A stretch of DNA of 64,000 bases. Source: the human T2T-CHM13v2.0 reference genome, Homo sapiens. Each line of letters starts with the position of its first letter. Positions within the stretch are counted from its first letter, which is position 1. Shown here in pieces: positions 13,383 to 25,400 of the stretch. The stretch lies in NCBI RefSeq assembly GCF_009914755.1, contig NC_060926.1; one strand, 5' to 3'. The notes under the pieces are model-generated. The model made no database searches. It saw only the letters and a program-made list of their open reading frames with translations, and was not told the origin of the DNA. Position numbers and translations under genes: made by a program.

Positions 13383-14030
13383 TCCACTCAACAGGAGGAC
13401 GCAGGCCACCCTCCATGGGGAAGAGCCTCAGGGATCAGCAGCCACTCAGGCAGGAGGATGCAGGCCACCCTCCATGGGGAAGAGCCTCAGGGATCAGCAG
13501 CCACTCAGGCCGAAGGATGCAGGCCACCCTCCATGGGGAAGAGCCTCAGGGATCAGCAGCCACTCAGGCCGAAGGATGCAGGCCACCCTCCATGGGGAAG
13601 AGCCTCAGGGATCAGCAGCCACTCAGGCAGGAGGATGCAGGCCACCCTCCATGGGGAAGAGCCTCAGGGATCAGCAGCCACTCAGGCCGAAGGATGCAGG
13701 CCACCCTCCATGGGGAAGAGCCTCAGGGATCAGCAGCCACTCAGGCAGGAGGATGCAGGCCACCCTCCATGGGGAAGAGCCTCAGGGATCAGCAGCCACT
13801 CAGGCCGAAGGATGCAGGCCACCCTCCATGGGGAAGAGCCTCAGGGATCAGCAGCCACTCAGGCCGAAGGATGCAGGCCACCCTCCATGGGGGAGAGCCT
13901 CACGGATCAGCACCCACTCAGGCAGGAGGATGCAGGCCACCCTCCATGGGGGAGAGCCTCAGGGATCAGCAGCCACTCAGGCAGGAGGATGCAGGCCACC
14001 CTCCACAGGGGGGAGCGTCAGGGATCAGGG
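13383..14030. repeat. 59-bp VNTR, ~11 copies
   Basis: ccactcaggcaggaggatgcaggccaccctccatggggaagagcctcagggatcagcag starts at 13442, 13501, 13560 and onward. Confidence 0.97.
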
Positions 14031-14555
14031 GGTGCCCAGAGAAGTCTGGGAGGAGGAGGGAAACATGGCTGTTGCCTCGGGCATGGGGAACAATGGTTGG
14101 AAGGTGGAAGACAGAGCTTGTTTCAGGGAATGCACTCAAAAACCTGGAAGGCACACAAAAACCTTTCCTCCTCCCTGTCCTCGCTCAGCCGTGTTCCTGC
14201 TGCCCTCCTGGCACCCGTAGCACCTGCGACCTCTATCCGTCCTCCCATGGCTGCTGTGCTTAGAACGGCACCACCTCCTGCCTGCAAAACCATGACAGCC
14301 CTCGGACAGCTCCCAGCTCCAGCATCTCCTCCCTCAGTCCCGCTGTGTCACTGCCACTCATCCAGAGTGCAAATCTGATCACCGCTCGCTTTAAACACTC
14401 TTCAGTAACTTCCCATTTTCTTTCATAAATACGGCAGATTCCCAGCCAGGCTCACCGTGGAAGCCCCCTGGCTTTGCGCCTCTCCCCGGCTTGAAGGCCT
14501 CGGTTCTTGTCACTAGGACCAACTCCTGGCCGCTCACTGAAGCACACCTCATACA

Positions 14556-15415
14556 CAGCCATCCCCGTGATCGGCAGATTTTGTTCCTACGAATCTACCT
14601 ACTTGCTAAAATCCACTTGTAGCCTCCACATGAGGTGCACTTGCAGCCATCTGTGGACGCGAACAGAGCAGGATTAATACTTGAGTCGCCCGAGGCACAG
14701 TTTCTGCGCTCATCCTTACTTCAGCTCTCAGACTGTAAACAAGGGTTCTTTTCGAGGTACAGTTAATGTTGTGTTTCTTTCGCATTTCTGTGGGTGATTT
14801 CACAGTTTAAAATGGCCCCCAGGTGTGGTCTCTAGTGCTGTCTAGGGATCCTGAGGGCAAGAGGCCATGAGCCATGACGTGCCTCATGCAGAAAATATGG
14901 TTAGAGAAACCATGTGCAGGCATGAGACACGGTGCTGCCGGCCAGGGCTGCCCCACTGATGAGTGAAGAACACGTATTATGTAGGTGTCTTTACACAGAA
15001 ACACACATCACACGATGCCAGGTGCTGGTCATTGATGAAATTGTTGTGACCAGAATCTTGCAGGAATCTAACTGTGAGGGTTAATTTTCTGTGTCAAGTT
15101 GGCTGAGCCACGGCACCCAGATATTTGGTCAAACATGACTCTGAGTGTTTCTTTGAGGGTGTTCCCGGATGCAATTAACATTTAAGTCAGCAGACTCTGA
15201 GTAAAAGCAGACCCCTCCCTGCCATGCGTGGGCCTCATCCAGGCTGCTGAAGGCCTAAAAGAACAAGGACAGAGGCCCCGGAGCTGGGGGTTTCCCTGCA
15301 GATGCTCTCTGCCCTGAACCAAAGCACCAGCTCTTCCACCAGCCCACCCTGGGCACTTTGGACTTGCCAGCCCCCATAATCACATAAGCCAATTTCTTAA
15401 AATCTCTCACTGTCT

Positions 15416-15461
<46 letters not shown>

Positions 15462-15599
15462 CTTTGTTTCTGCTTCTCTGGAGAATGCTGACTGATAAAC
15501 TTCCTGTATTTCCCCTGAGAGCAATGGTTCAGAATTCACTAATACAGTGTTTGTGGCGACTTTACAGAACAGAGCCTCCTCGAGTGACAGGAACAGCTG
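14556..15599 (+). mobile_element. MER82 (Tigger-family DNA transposon) split by an MLT2 LTR; pieces 14556-15072 and ~15503-15599
   Basis: cctacttgctaaaat, tttaaaatggccccca, gtgtctttacacagaaacacacat, gttgtgaccaga...gcaggaatctaac, then cctgtatttcccct...gcaatggttcag after the LTR, collinear with the recalled MER82 consensus. Confidence 0.85.
15073..15498 (+). mobile_element. MLT2 (ERVL) solo LTR with internal (CA)n at ~15418-15459
   Basis: tgtgagggttaattttctgtgtcaagttggctgagcca...cccagatatttggtcaaaca...tctctggagaatgctgactgata. Confidence 0.85.
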
Positions 15600-15895
15600 C
15601 CTTAGACTCCCAAGATGACCAGAAGTGCTGCCTTGGATTCCCTAGACTGACTAGAAGTGCGCCTTGGATTCCCTAGACTGACCAGAAGGGCTGCCTTGCA
15701 CTCCCTCGAGTGACATGAATGGCTGTTTTGCACTCCCTCAGTGACCGGAAGGGCTGCCTTGGACTCTCTTGAGTGGCTGGAAGGGCTGCCTTGGATTCCC
15801 TAGAGTGACCAGAGGGCTGCCTTGCCCTCCCTTGAGTGACCGGAAGGGCTGCCTTGTGCTCCCTCAGTGACCGGAAGGGCTGCCTTGCGATCCCG
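15580..15895. repeat. Degenerate ~32-33-bp minisatellite (gagtgaccggaagggctgccttggattcccta), ~10 copies
   Basis: Recurring gaagggctgccttg core. Confidence 0.9.
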
Positions 15896-16289
15896 TCTAA
15901 GTGCCCTTCCCACCTGCCACTAGGACTCATGTCCTGAGGTTTTTCTGAGCCCATCTGCACCTCCCAGCACATGAAGGCATCTCTGCCTCCCTAGACCTCT
16001 CCCTTGAGCCCCACAGTACCTGGTCTCACCCCTCTTGTCACACCTGGTGCAGAAATGACATGCAGTGTTTGTGGAGTTGCCCCCTTAACTTTGGCATAGG
16101 GCTAGCTGCATTCCTGGCACACAGGAGATGCCAGATGCCATTTAACATGGGAGCCATCTGATGAGCGCTCCCACTTGGGCAGGCAAGGGCTCCAGCCATG
16201 GAATCACAGCCTCTTCCACGGGCAATGGAGACACAGTCCGTGGTGCAGGTGTGCGTGGAGGATACCCAGAGGTCCTCCTACATCACCTG

Positions 16290-16465
16290 ATGCCCCACGA
16301 TGGTGCGGGCAGCTCCTGACAACCCGTGATGGTGCGGGCGGCTCCTGACACCCCGGGATGGTGCAGGCGGCTCCTGACACCCCGGGATGGTGCGGGCGGC
16401 TCCTGACACCCCGGGATGGTGCGGGCGGCTCCTGACACCCTGGGATGGTGTGGGCAGCTCCTGCA
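16290..16465. repeat. CpG-rich 29-bp minisatellite (gatggtgcgggcggctcctgacaccccgg), ~6 copies
   Basis: Direct reading. Confidence 0.92.
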
Positions 16466-18859
16466 CTCCCTCTTTTCCTCTCGAGGACTTAATGGCTACA
16501 GCGAAAGCAGAGGCCTGCTGTGGGGAGCGGGGGGAGCCGGGCAGCGCAGTGGCCTCCCAGGAGCACTTGGCTCCTCCAGTTGGTAGGGTCTGAAGGAGAG
16601 GGGCTCAGGGAAGCTCTGTTTCTGTGGGCTCTGCACCAGAAGACATTTAAAACTGATCAGTGTACGCGCGAGAGTAGCCAAAGACTCAGCGCATTAAGGA
16701 GGACGCTGGCGTGGGGTCAGCAGGGAGTGCGCGTGGGCAGCCTCCCACCAGGCGGGTCTGGCAGTGCCCTGGCCTCAGGCAGCGACTGCACCCTCCCTCC
16801 CTCTGCTGATCTGTCTTGCCTTGGAGCCCTAGCAGAGAGAGAGCTGGCATTTTGTATCACTCTGGAGAAAATATCTAGAATCAGCGAGTTGTGAAAGCTT
16901 CAAGGAAAGTGAGATAGCAGTTAAGTGAGAACGTCAAGGAAGCAGATTTGTGTTCAATAGCTCATTAAAAACGGCAAAGCTCTTCCACAATTCCAGCTGT
17001 CCCCATGCAGCTGTGTGTCTGGAGTGGTGGTGAGTGTCCCCACGGTGGGGAGGCGCAGGGACGGGTGGGGCTTCAGGGCCTCGCTGGAGAAGAGATTGCT
17101 AAGTTCCTGGAGGCCTTTCCCATTTTGAGGGCCCCAAAAGGGACCTGAGTGGTTTCCCGACTTGAGAACCGTCTGCATCAGCCTGGCTTCCTGCACAGTG
17201 TCTGCGCCGGTGCACACCTTAGAGGGGAGCTGCGCCATCAGATGAACCAGGACCCTGGCGGAGGAAGGGGGTGCCGGCAGGGCTCCCATGGCACCTGCTG
17301 CCTGTGGCTGAGGGGAGCCTGGAAGGGCACCAGCCTCACCCACCCCTGGCCGAGACCCCCCTTGCACAGAGAACACACACAATACAACCACAGCTGGAAT
17401 CCCACGCACAGCTCCTGATTCACCTTCCCGCTCACTGCAGTCCTCTGGTTTCAACCTTCCGTTGACATTGATGACAATTTTACATGGACGGTAGCCAGGT
17501 CTGACAGGGTTAAAAGTGAGAAATTTGCTGTTCCAACACTTAGGCTCAAATCCTGGGCTGAGAATTTAAGGGCTGCTTGAATGCATGCGACTCAATTTTT
17601 TCTCAGTACCGCAATTTCCCTCTGTGTCAGATACACTGATGTGGGGTTGGCTGTGAGGCAAAATGAGCTCCTAGTTTGCACCACGAAGCTCTGGGCAGAT
17701 CTCCACTCATTAATGGTGCCAGGAGATGTGGAACCATGCTGCCTGACGGCAGAGCCTGTCCCCCCGGGAGCCTTGCTGTGCCCTGCAGGTTCACCTCACC
17801 TGAACCATGCACAGGGCTTTCTTTTCTGCCATGTTCTTCATCCATTGTGGAGGATGCAATCACATTTTTGCGTGGTGACCAGCATCTGTCATTCACAGAA
17901 TTGGCTCAAATCACATGTGACCAGAAGAACAATTATGTTGAGAGTTATTTTTTAGCATCCCGCTCTTTGACACTTTTGAGGAGATCAAATGTCAGAGATA
18001 TTTTTTTCTTTTTTGCATTTGCTCAATGCATTATCTCTAAGGCTAAGTAGGTTTCGAAAAAAAAATCTCAAGAGCATCCTATCCAGTTTTAAAAAATTTT
18101 TCCTGTCAATGAATGAGATCCAAAATGGAGATGTGACTCATCTTCAAGCTGTGGCATTCGTGGCAATGCTTTCTGATGTCGCAGTGGATAACTCCACTGG
18201 AAGTAACCAACTTCCGAATGATATTGGCAAAAATAAACATCATAAAGATGAGCAAGGTCATTGATTTAAGATGTGAGTAGCTATTGTCAACATGAACACC
18301 AGTGATGTACAATTAAAACTCCCCTCCAGCTCTGATCAGTTTTAACAAGTGGGCATGCTCTGCAGAGAGGCAGCCCAGAGAAAACTCTCACCCCAGAGAA
18401 GCCGAGCTTCAGGCTGGCCGTCTACCTGCATCTCTCATGAAGAACGCGACTTGGGAAGTATCATTTGACCACTCTGAGCCTGCTTCCTGCCTGAAAAAAT
18501 GGGGTTAGGGACATCTGGAGAGGTGGGTGAGCACTAAGGATTCAGTAAAGGTAGGGTAGCTGTGACTGGAACATTCTGGCTCACACAGTAATTATCAATA
18601 CTCTTCCCCATGCCAAATGAGGAGCATTCCTTACAGAAATAAAGTGACTATATCCGTTGCTTTAGAGCCCCAAAGAAGAAAATGGTCTTCTGCATACCGA
18701 TAGCAACCTGAGCCCTCCAGCAGTCCATAACCAGGGCATCAGCAAAAATGAAGGGGCCTCCCAGGTCCTGCACTGGAAGGAGATTCCCCCAAACCACCTG
18801 TGTCAGAACGAGCAGCTCAGATGCACTGGCACATCTCAGAGAGTGCAGATGACAGAAGC

Positions 18860-19030
18860 ATCACGCCCAGGTTCCAGCACTAGTTCTACCACTAACTAGC
18901 TGAAAACCCTGGGCAGTTTACTTAACTATGCCTGTGCCTGAATTTTCTCAGAGGATTGTGAAAGCATTAAGTAAATGTATGCATGGGCCGTATTTACAAC
19001 ACAGTCTAAGTTCTCAATTAATATCAGCCA
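18860..19030 (+). mobile_element. MIR fragment
   Basis: ctaccactaactagctg...ctgggcagtttacttaactatgcctgtgcctgaattttctc. Confidence 0.7.
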
Positions 19031-19041
19031 CTCCTTTAGAT

Positions 19042-19227
19042 CAGGAGTCAGGAAACTGCAACCCCATCTATTCATATAAATAAAGTTTTATTGGAAGACA
19101 GTTTTCTCATTCATTTACTTGTTGTCGATTGCAGTTTTCATGAAGACTTGAGCAACTAAAATGGACCATGTGCTGCACAAGCCTAGAATATTTACGATCT
19201 AGCCCCTTAGTGGAAAAGCTGACCCTG
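19042..19227 (+). mobile_element. MER58A (hAT-Charlie) MITE
   Basis: caggagtcaggaaact...aaataaagttttattggaagacag...aagcctagaatatttacgatctagcccc...gaccctg termini. Confidence 0.8.
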
Positions 19228-20871
19228 TCTAAGTTTACCACACCGTTCATTTCCATTCACAGGAATAATTCAGGATACCTGGATGTAGCCATGGGCTTGT
19301 CTCTTTTAGGTCTGCTAGTACACAGGCAGCCAAAGGAGACACCTGGCCATCCCAGCCACAGGGCAGGAACCCACACAGATCTTTGCACCATGTACCATGG
19401 GGGGCAGGCTCCTGGCCATCCCCATGTGACTGAATAACAAGGACACCAGGCCCCTCACATCCCCTTTTCCATCTTTCCCAGGGACAAGGAACTGAAACTC
19501 CAGTCCCTGAACATTCTTAATGAGTGAGTTCAATTATCATATTAACACTTACCACTTAAAAAAAGTCATCATCTTTATGCTGTTATTCCAATTAATTGTG
19601 TTGGAAAATGCAGAGCGTGAGCTTCAAAGAATAAGGTGCTAGTTTTTGAAGTATGATGCTGTTTGATAACAGAATCATCACAGAGACTTCAGCATCTGGA
19701 AATGGGCTGGAATATTGTGTAATGTTTCACATCTATGCATGCCAGCAGTATAGATCTATACACACAAGCAAATGGAGAGACATCCTACATGGTATCGTCA
19801 TATTCCCAGTTAGCATCTAGAAACAGCCATTGATGCACGTTTCTGCATTTCTGTTCATTCATTTGGCCTCTAAGCACTATTGACAAATATACATGAGAGT
19901 GTGACCATTTTGTCACTTTATCTTTACCAGAAATCATAAGGTTGGGGTTTCCGTGGGGTCTCCTTCAGCAACCTGTTGGCATCACGGCATGAAGACAGGA
20001 ACTACTTAACTGGACAAGGTGGCCACTTTCACATCATGGTTGTGACATTCGTGTTCACACCAAGTCCTCTTTTATTGCAAATGGCTGGCAGTCATGGCCA
20101 TCACCATGAACACGGTGGTGGTGGACAGGAGGATTGTTCGTGCCCATCTCCAGCGCCCAGCACCGGCCAGGCCAGGCTGCAGGACAGAGGGTTCTGTGCA
20201 GGGGAGAAGTGCAGTTAGACTGAGGCTGAGACTGGGCCCCAGGTAGGCACCTCAGTCAGTTATTATGCCAGTCACACATGTGACAGGGCAGGTGGCTACT
20301 GGTCATTGCCTCGGCAACAGGGACAAAGCGGGCCTAATGAGTGGCTGTCCCAACAGGAGACAAGCAAAGCCCAAGTAGGTTTCCCCATGGAGGAGAAACC
20401 CCAGATCCAAATCTCAAAAACCCACGTGCAAACCCCAAATCCTGGGCTAGGAGTCCTTTCTCTGTGTTCACGGTGCCCTCTGCACCTGCCTTACTGCCTG
20501 CTGTGGAGGTTCTTAGTCTCACTTGCTATTTCTCCCAGCAGAACACTATGAGTTACTTGAGGACAACAGCTATGCATTGTATTAATTATATATGTCCTCC
20601 TCATCCCACAATTATTTAAGGTGACTTGCAGGTCTCCTCACAGCTGAGAATTCTCTGAGTAAATTTAAGTGAAGAAAAAAGGTAAGAAAATTAAAAGCCA
20701 GAGGTAATATCAATACACAAACTCATTTGAAGATGAATGATATTAAACTGTCAATATGTGACCATTCTTTAAACCTATGAATGTGGTATTTTCCTATGCT
20801 CCAATACAGTGCTTTATCTCTGCTTCTACAAGGTCTGATGCCCTATCTCACATCCATTAGGCACTCAGTGA

Positions 20872-21160
20872 AGTTGGAAGGAAAGTAGGGAGGGAGAAAG
20901 GAGGGAGAGAATGAAGGAGAGAAGAAGGGAAAAAGAGAAAGGTAGGAACAGCAGAAGGAGGGAAGGGGGAAGGAAGGAGGAAGGGATGGAGGAAGGGAAA
21001 GAGGAAGGGAAGGAGGAAGGGAAGGGAAGGAGGAAGGGAAAGGAAGGGAAGGGAAAGGAAGGGAAGGGAAGGGAGGGAGGAAGGAAGGAAGGAAAGAAAG
21101 AAGGAAGGGAAGGAGAGAAGGAGGGATGGAGGGAGGGAGGAAGGGGAGAAGGAAGAGAGT
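20872..21160. repeat. Polypurine (GGAA/GGGAA)n low-complexity tract
   Basis: Nearly pure A/G over ~290 bp. Confidence 0.95.
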
Positions 21161-21895
21161 GATGAACGACATGGTGTTCTTTGCTGACAGAGAGTGACTC
21201 TTCTGAGGTCCAGCTGAGTCCTTGTGTGGCTCCCCTCACTGTGATGTGGCAGGAAAGGTCACTGTGATCAGGGAAAAGCCACTTTATCTATTCCGCACCA
21301 AGAGGAAGAGCTACACAGTACAAAGGAAAGATATAAGGAAACAGTAAATTCAGCCAGTCAGGTTCTTATAGACATTATATAAAAATCAAGTAAAAATGAC
21401 TACAGCGTAATACAGGGATAACAACAAATACTTGGCGAATTTACTGTATGATGTAGGGAAGGCATGCTTGTTGTTTTAACAAATAAATCACCAGAAGGAT
21501 AATGGCTCAAGCACAGTGGATGGATTTTCCTCACCCATGTAACAGAACCTGGAGGCTCAACAGGCCAGTAGGGCACAGCCCCTCCAGAACTCAGGCTGAG
21601 GAAAATCTGCTACCTTCAACAAGGGGCTTCGGATGTGGTCCAGGGCCTGTCTCAGTTCAGCGGGAGGGTGGGGGACAGGATGGGACATTCCCAGATGTGG
21701 CCCATGGTGCATGTGTGCATTTTCCATGAGCCAGCACGAAGCCACACAGTCCCACCTCATTGCATAGGAGGCTGGAACACTGTTTAGTTGTGGGTCCTAG
21801 AAGAAGAAATCATGAATTGGAGTGAACAGCCAGAAATCTCTGCCTGTTGCTCAGCCCAACAGGAGAGACAGAAGTCCTCCTTTAATCACAGGTGG

Positions 21896-22254
21896 TGATA
21901 TGGTTTGGCTGTGTCCCCACCCAAATCTCAAATGTTAGCTCTCATAATTCCCACGTCATGAGAGGGACCCAGTGAGAGGTAACTGAATCATGAGGGCAAG
22001 TCTTTCCCATGCTGTTCTCATGATAGTAAATAAGTCTCATGGGATCTGATGATTTTATAATGGGGAGTTTCCCTGCACAAACCCTGTCTAGCATGCCGCC
22101 ATGTAAGATGTGCCTTTCTCCTCCTTTGCCTTCCACCATGATTGTGAGGCCTCCCCAGCCATGTGGAACTGTGAGTCCATCAAACCTCTTTTTCTTCATA
22201 AATTGCCCAGTTTCAGGTATGTCTTTATTCGCAGTGTGAGAACAGATTAATACG
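21896..22254 (+). mobile_element. THE1 (THE1B/C-like) solo LTR, TSD ggtgg/agtgg
   Basis: tgatatggtttggctgtgtccccacccaaatctc...gaggcctccccagccatgtggaactgtgagtcc...aacagattaatac, with 5-bp flanking near-duplication. Confidence 0.95.
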
Positions 22255-22604
22255 AGTGGCAAATGAAACATTTTCATGATGTGGAGAAAAAATTGATGAA
22301 CATTCAAACAGCCTTATGAGACAGGTAAATTGATACTAGTATTTTGCCAGTGGTAAAATGGAGACTTTCAATAAATAATTGTGGGAGCTCTACAACACAT
22401 GGTGGCACTGCTACAGAAAGCAGTGAGATGAAAAGCTCCAGATTTAATTCATTTCCTTACTCATTTAATTAAGGACTAGCATCTTCTGTGTTTAGCACTG
22501 TTCTACATGATAAGGACAGAGAGAACCAACTGGAAGTGGAGAAGAGCTTGGTTGATATTGGCTGGCAGCCCAACAGCAAGCCCAAGTGCACGTGAATGCC
22601 GGTA

Positions 22605-24645
22605 CAGGCAGACCTCAGAGGCATTGCAGGTTCAGTCAATCCCGAATATCAACATGAAGTGAGTCACAAAAATTTTGATTTCCCAGTGCATATAAAAGTT
22701 ATGTTTACAATACATTGAAGTCTATTAAGTGTGTAATAGCATTATGTCTAAAAAATGTACTTAAGTAGAAAATATGTCATTGCTAAAAAAATACTAACAA
22801 TCATCTGAGCCTTCAACAAGTCATCATCTTTTTGCTGGTGGAGGGTTTTGCCTCAATGCTTATGACTGCTGATGGATCAGGGTGGTGGTTGCTGAAGGAT
22901 GGGGTGGCTGTGGCAATGTCTGAAAATAAGACAATTAAGTTTGTTACATCGACTGAGTCTTCCTTTCCCAAGAGATTTATCTGTAACAGTGATGCTGTTT
23001 GATAGCATTTTACCCACAGTAAAATTTCTTTCAAAATTGGAGTCAGTACTCTCAAACCCTGTCACAGTTTTATCAACTAAGTTTATGGAATATTCTAAAT
23101 CCTTTGTTGCAATGTAACAATGTTCACAGCATCTTTAACAGCAGTAGATTCCATCTCAAGAAACCACTTGCTTTGCCCATTCATAAGAAGCAACTTCTCA
23201 TCCATTCAGGTTTTATCATGAGACTGCAGCAACTCAGTCCCATCTTCACTCTTCTCTTCTAATCTAATTCTCTTTCTATCCCTACCACATCTGCAGTGAT
23301 TTCCTCCACTGGAGTTTTGAACTCTTCAAAATCATCCAGGAGGACTGGAATCAACTTCTTCCAAACTCTTGCTCATGTTGATATTTTGACCTCCTTCCTT
23401 CCATGAATCACAAATGTTCTTAATGCCATCTAAAATGATACATTTTTTCCAGAAGGTTTTCAATTGACTTTGCCCAGATCCATCAGAGGAATCAGTATCT
23501 GTGGCAACTAATGCCTTATGAAATATATTTCTTAAATAAGACTTGAAAGTCAAAAATACTCCTTGATCCATGGGCAGTAGAATGGATGTTGTGTTAGCAG
23601 TAATGAAAGCAATATTCATCTCCTTGTATATCCCCATCAGAGCTCTTGAGTGACTAGATGTATTGTCAATGAGCAGTAATATTTTGAAGAGAATCTTTTG
23701 TTTTCTGAGCAGTAGGTCTCAACAGTGGGCTTAAAATATTCAGTAAACCATGCTGTAAACAGACGTGCTGACACCCAGGAATTGTTATTCTATTTATAGT
23801 GCACAGGTAAAGTAGAATTAGCATAATTCTTAAGGGTCCTACGATTTTCATAATGGTTGATGAGCACTGGCCTTGACTTAAAGTCACCAGCTGCCTTAGC
23901 CTTTAACAAGAGGGTCAGCCTGTCCTTTGATGCTTTGAAGACAGGCATTGAGTTTCCTCTCTAGCTCTGAAAGTCCTAGATGGCATCTTCTTCCAATAGA
24001 AGGCTGTTTCATCTGCATGGAAAATCTGTTGTTTAGTGTAGCCACCTTAATCAATGATCTTAGCTGGATCTTGTGGATAAGTTGCTGCAGCTTCTCATCA
24101 CCACTTGCTGCTTCACCTTGAACTTCTATGTTATAGAGATGGTTTCTTTCCTTAAACCTCATGAACAAACCACTGCCAGTTTCATACTTTTCTTATGCAG
24201 CTTCCTCACCTCTCTCAGCCTTCATAGAATTGAAAAGAATTAGAGGCCTTGCTCTGGATTAGGTTTTAGCTTAAAGGAATGTTGTGGCTGTTTTGACCTT
24301 CTATCCAGACCACTCAAACTTTCTCAATAACAGCAATAAGGCTGTTTCACTTTTTTTTTTATCATTTATGTATTCACTGGACTAGCACTTTTAATTCCTT
24401 CAAGAACTTTTCCTTTGCATTCACAAGCTGATCAACTCTTTGGTATAAGAGGCCTGGCTTTCAGCCTATCTCAGCTTTTGACATGACTTTCTCACTAAGC
24501 TCAATCATTCCTAATTTCTGATTTAAAGTGAGAAATGTGAAACTCTTCCTTTCACTTGAACACCTAGAGGCCATTACAGGGTTGTAATGGGCCTGAGTTA
24601 AATATTGCTGTGTCTCAGGGAATATGGAAGCCCAAGGAGAAGGAA
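22605..24645 (-). mobile_element. Tigger1 DNA transposon, ~2 kb, decayed transposase, 5' end missing
   Basis: TA then caggcagacctcagag terminus at 22605. Minus-strand fragments MASRCSSERKSFTFLTLNQKLGMIELSEKVMSKAEIG and [14 protein letters not shown] match the Tigger1/TIGD1-type transposase, with many frameshifts. Confidence 0.93.
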
Positions 24646-24819
24646 ATATACGCCAGTGCAAGGGGACTTCTGGGACATGGGGAAGGGAGCTTCCTAGGGC
24701 CACACTTGAGTCTCAGTACCCGGCCATCTTTGGTACAGTCCACTCCAACTCCCCAATCACAGCAGCCAGTGAATCCCCATTTGCCTCAAGCTACATCAAG
24801 TTGTGAGCTTGTAATTTGT

Positions 24820-25400
24820 AAGACAGAGGGGAAGGGGGAGAGGGGAAGGGCAGGCAGCTGAGATAGTCGAGAATAACGTGGTCAGGGAAGGCCACGGGGG
24901 TGATGTGGGCTCAGGGAGGTGACATCTCTGGGGAGTGACACTGGTGCTGAGGCATAAAGATAATAAATAATGAAATAGTCCTGCGACTAACTGGTAAAAG
25001 AAAATCCCAGGAAGGAGCAACAGAGGCAAAGGTGAAAGCTGAGAGAAAGCTGGGGACACTTGGGAAACAGCTTGGCACCCTGAGGAGGCGAAGCAAACAG
25101 GCTGGTGGGGGTGAAAGAGACTTGAGTCGGGGGAGCCAGACAACGCAGGTTTAAGAGCTCATCCGTGATCCAGAGCAGTGGAGAGTCCCATGCACACACA
25201 AGGGGAAAGATACAGATGACTGTGTGTCCTGGAGAACATACGCAGGGCACTGGTGGGTAGGATCCAGACTCTGCCAGCCCTGCATCCTTTCTTCAATCTC
25301 ACCATTTTTTAATTTTAGGGAGAGATGGGACACGATCTCCTTTATGGTATTACAGGATCACTGTGACACATAGAAGCAGAAAGACTTCTAAGACTACAGC
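24820..25400 (-). mobile_element. L2 remnant
   Basis: gtggtcagggaaggcc...gaggtgacat...ggaaggagcaacagaggcaaagg pattern typical of antisense L2. Confidence 0.55.

Noticed and set aside
18106-18312. GVIHCDIR resembling a kinase catalytic loop
   Set aside because: No following KPEN/DFG or other kinase motifs and no convincing splice sites; likely chance.
22150-22162. PRDM9 hotspot motif in the THE1 LTR
   Set aside because: The sequence is cctccccagccat, not the hotspot-associated CCTCCCTAGCCAC form.
22605-24645. Domesticated TIGD-like transposase gene
   Set aside because: The reading frame is broken into short fragments by many stops and frameshifts.
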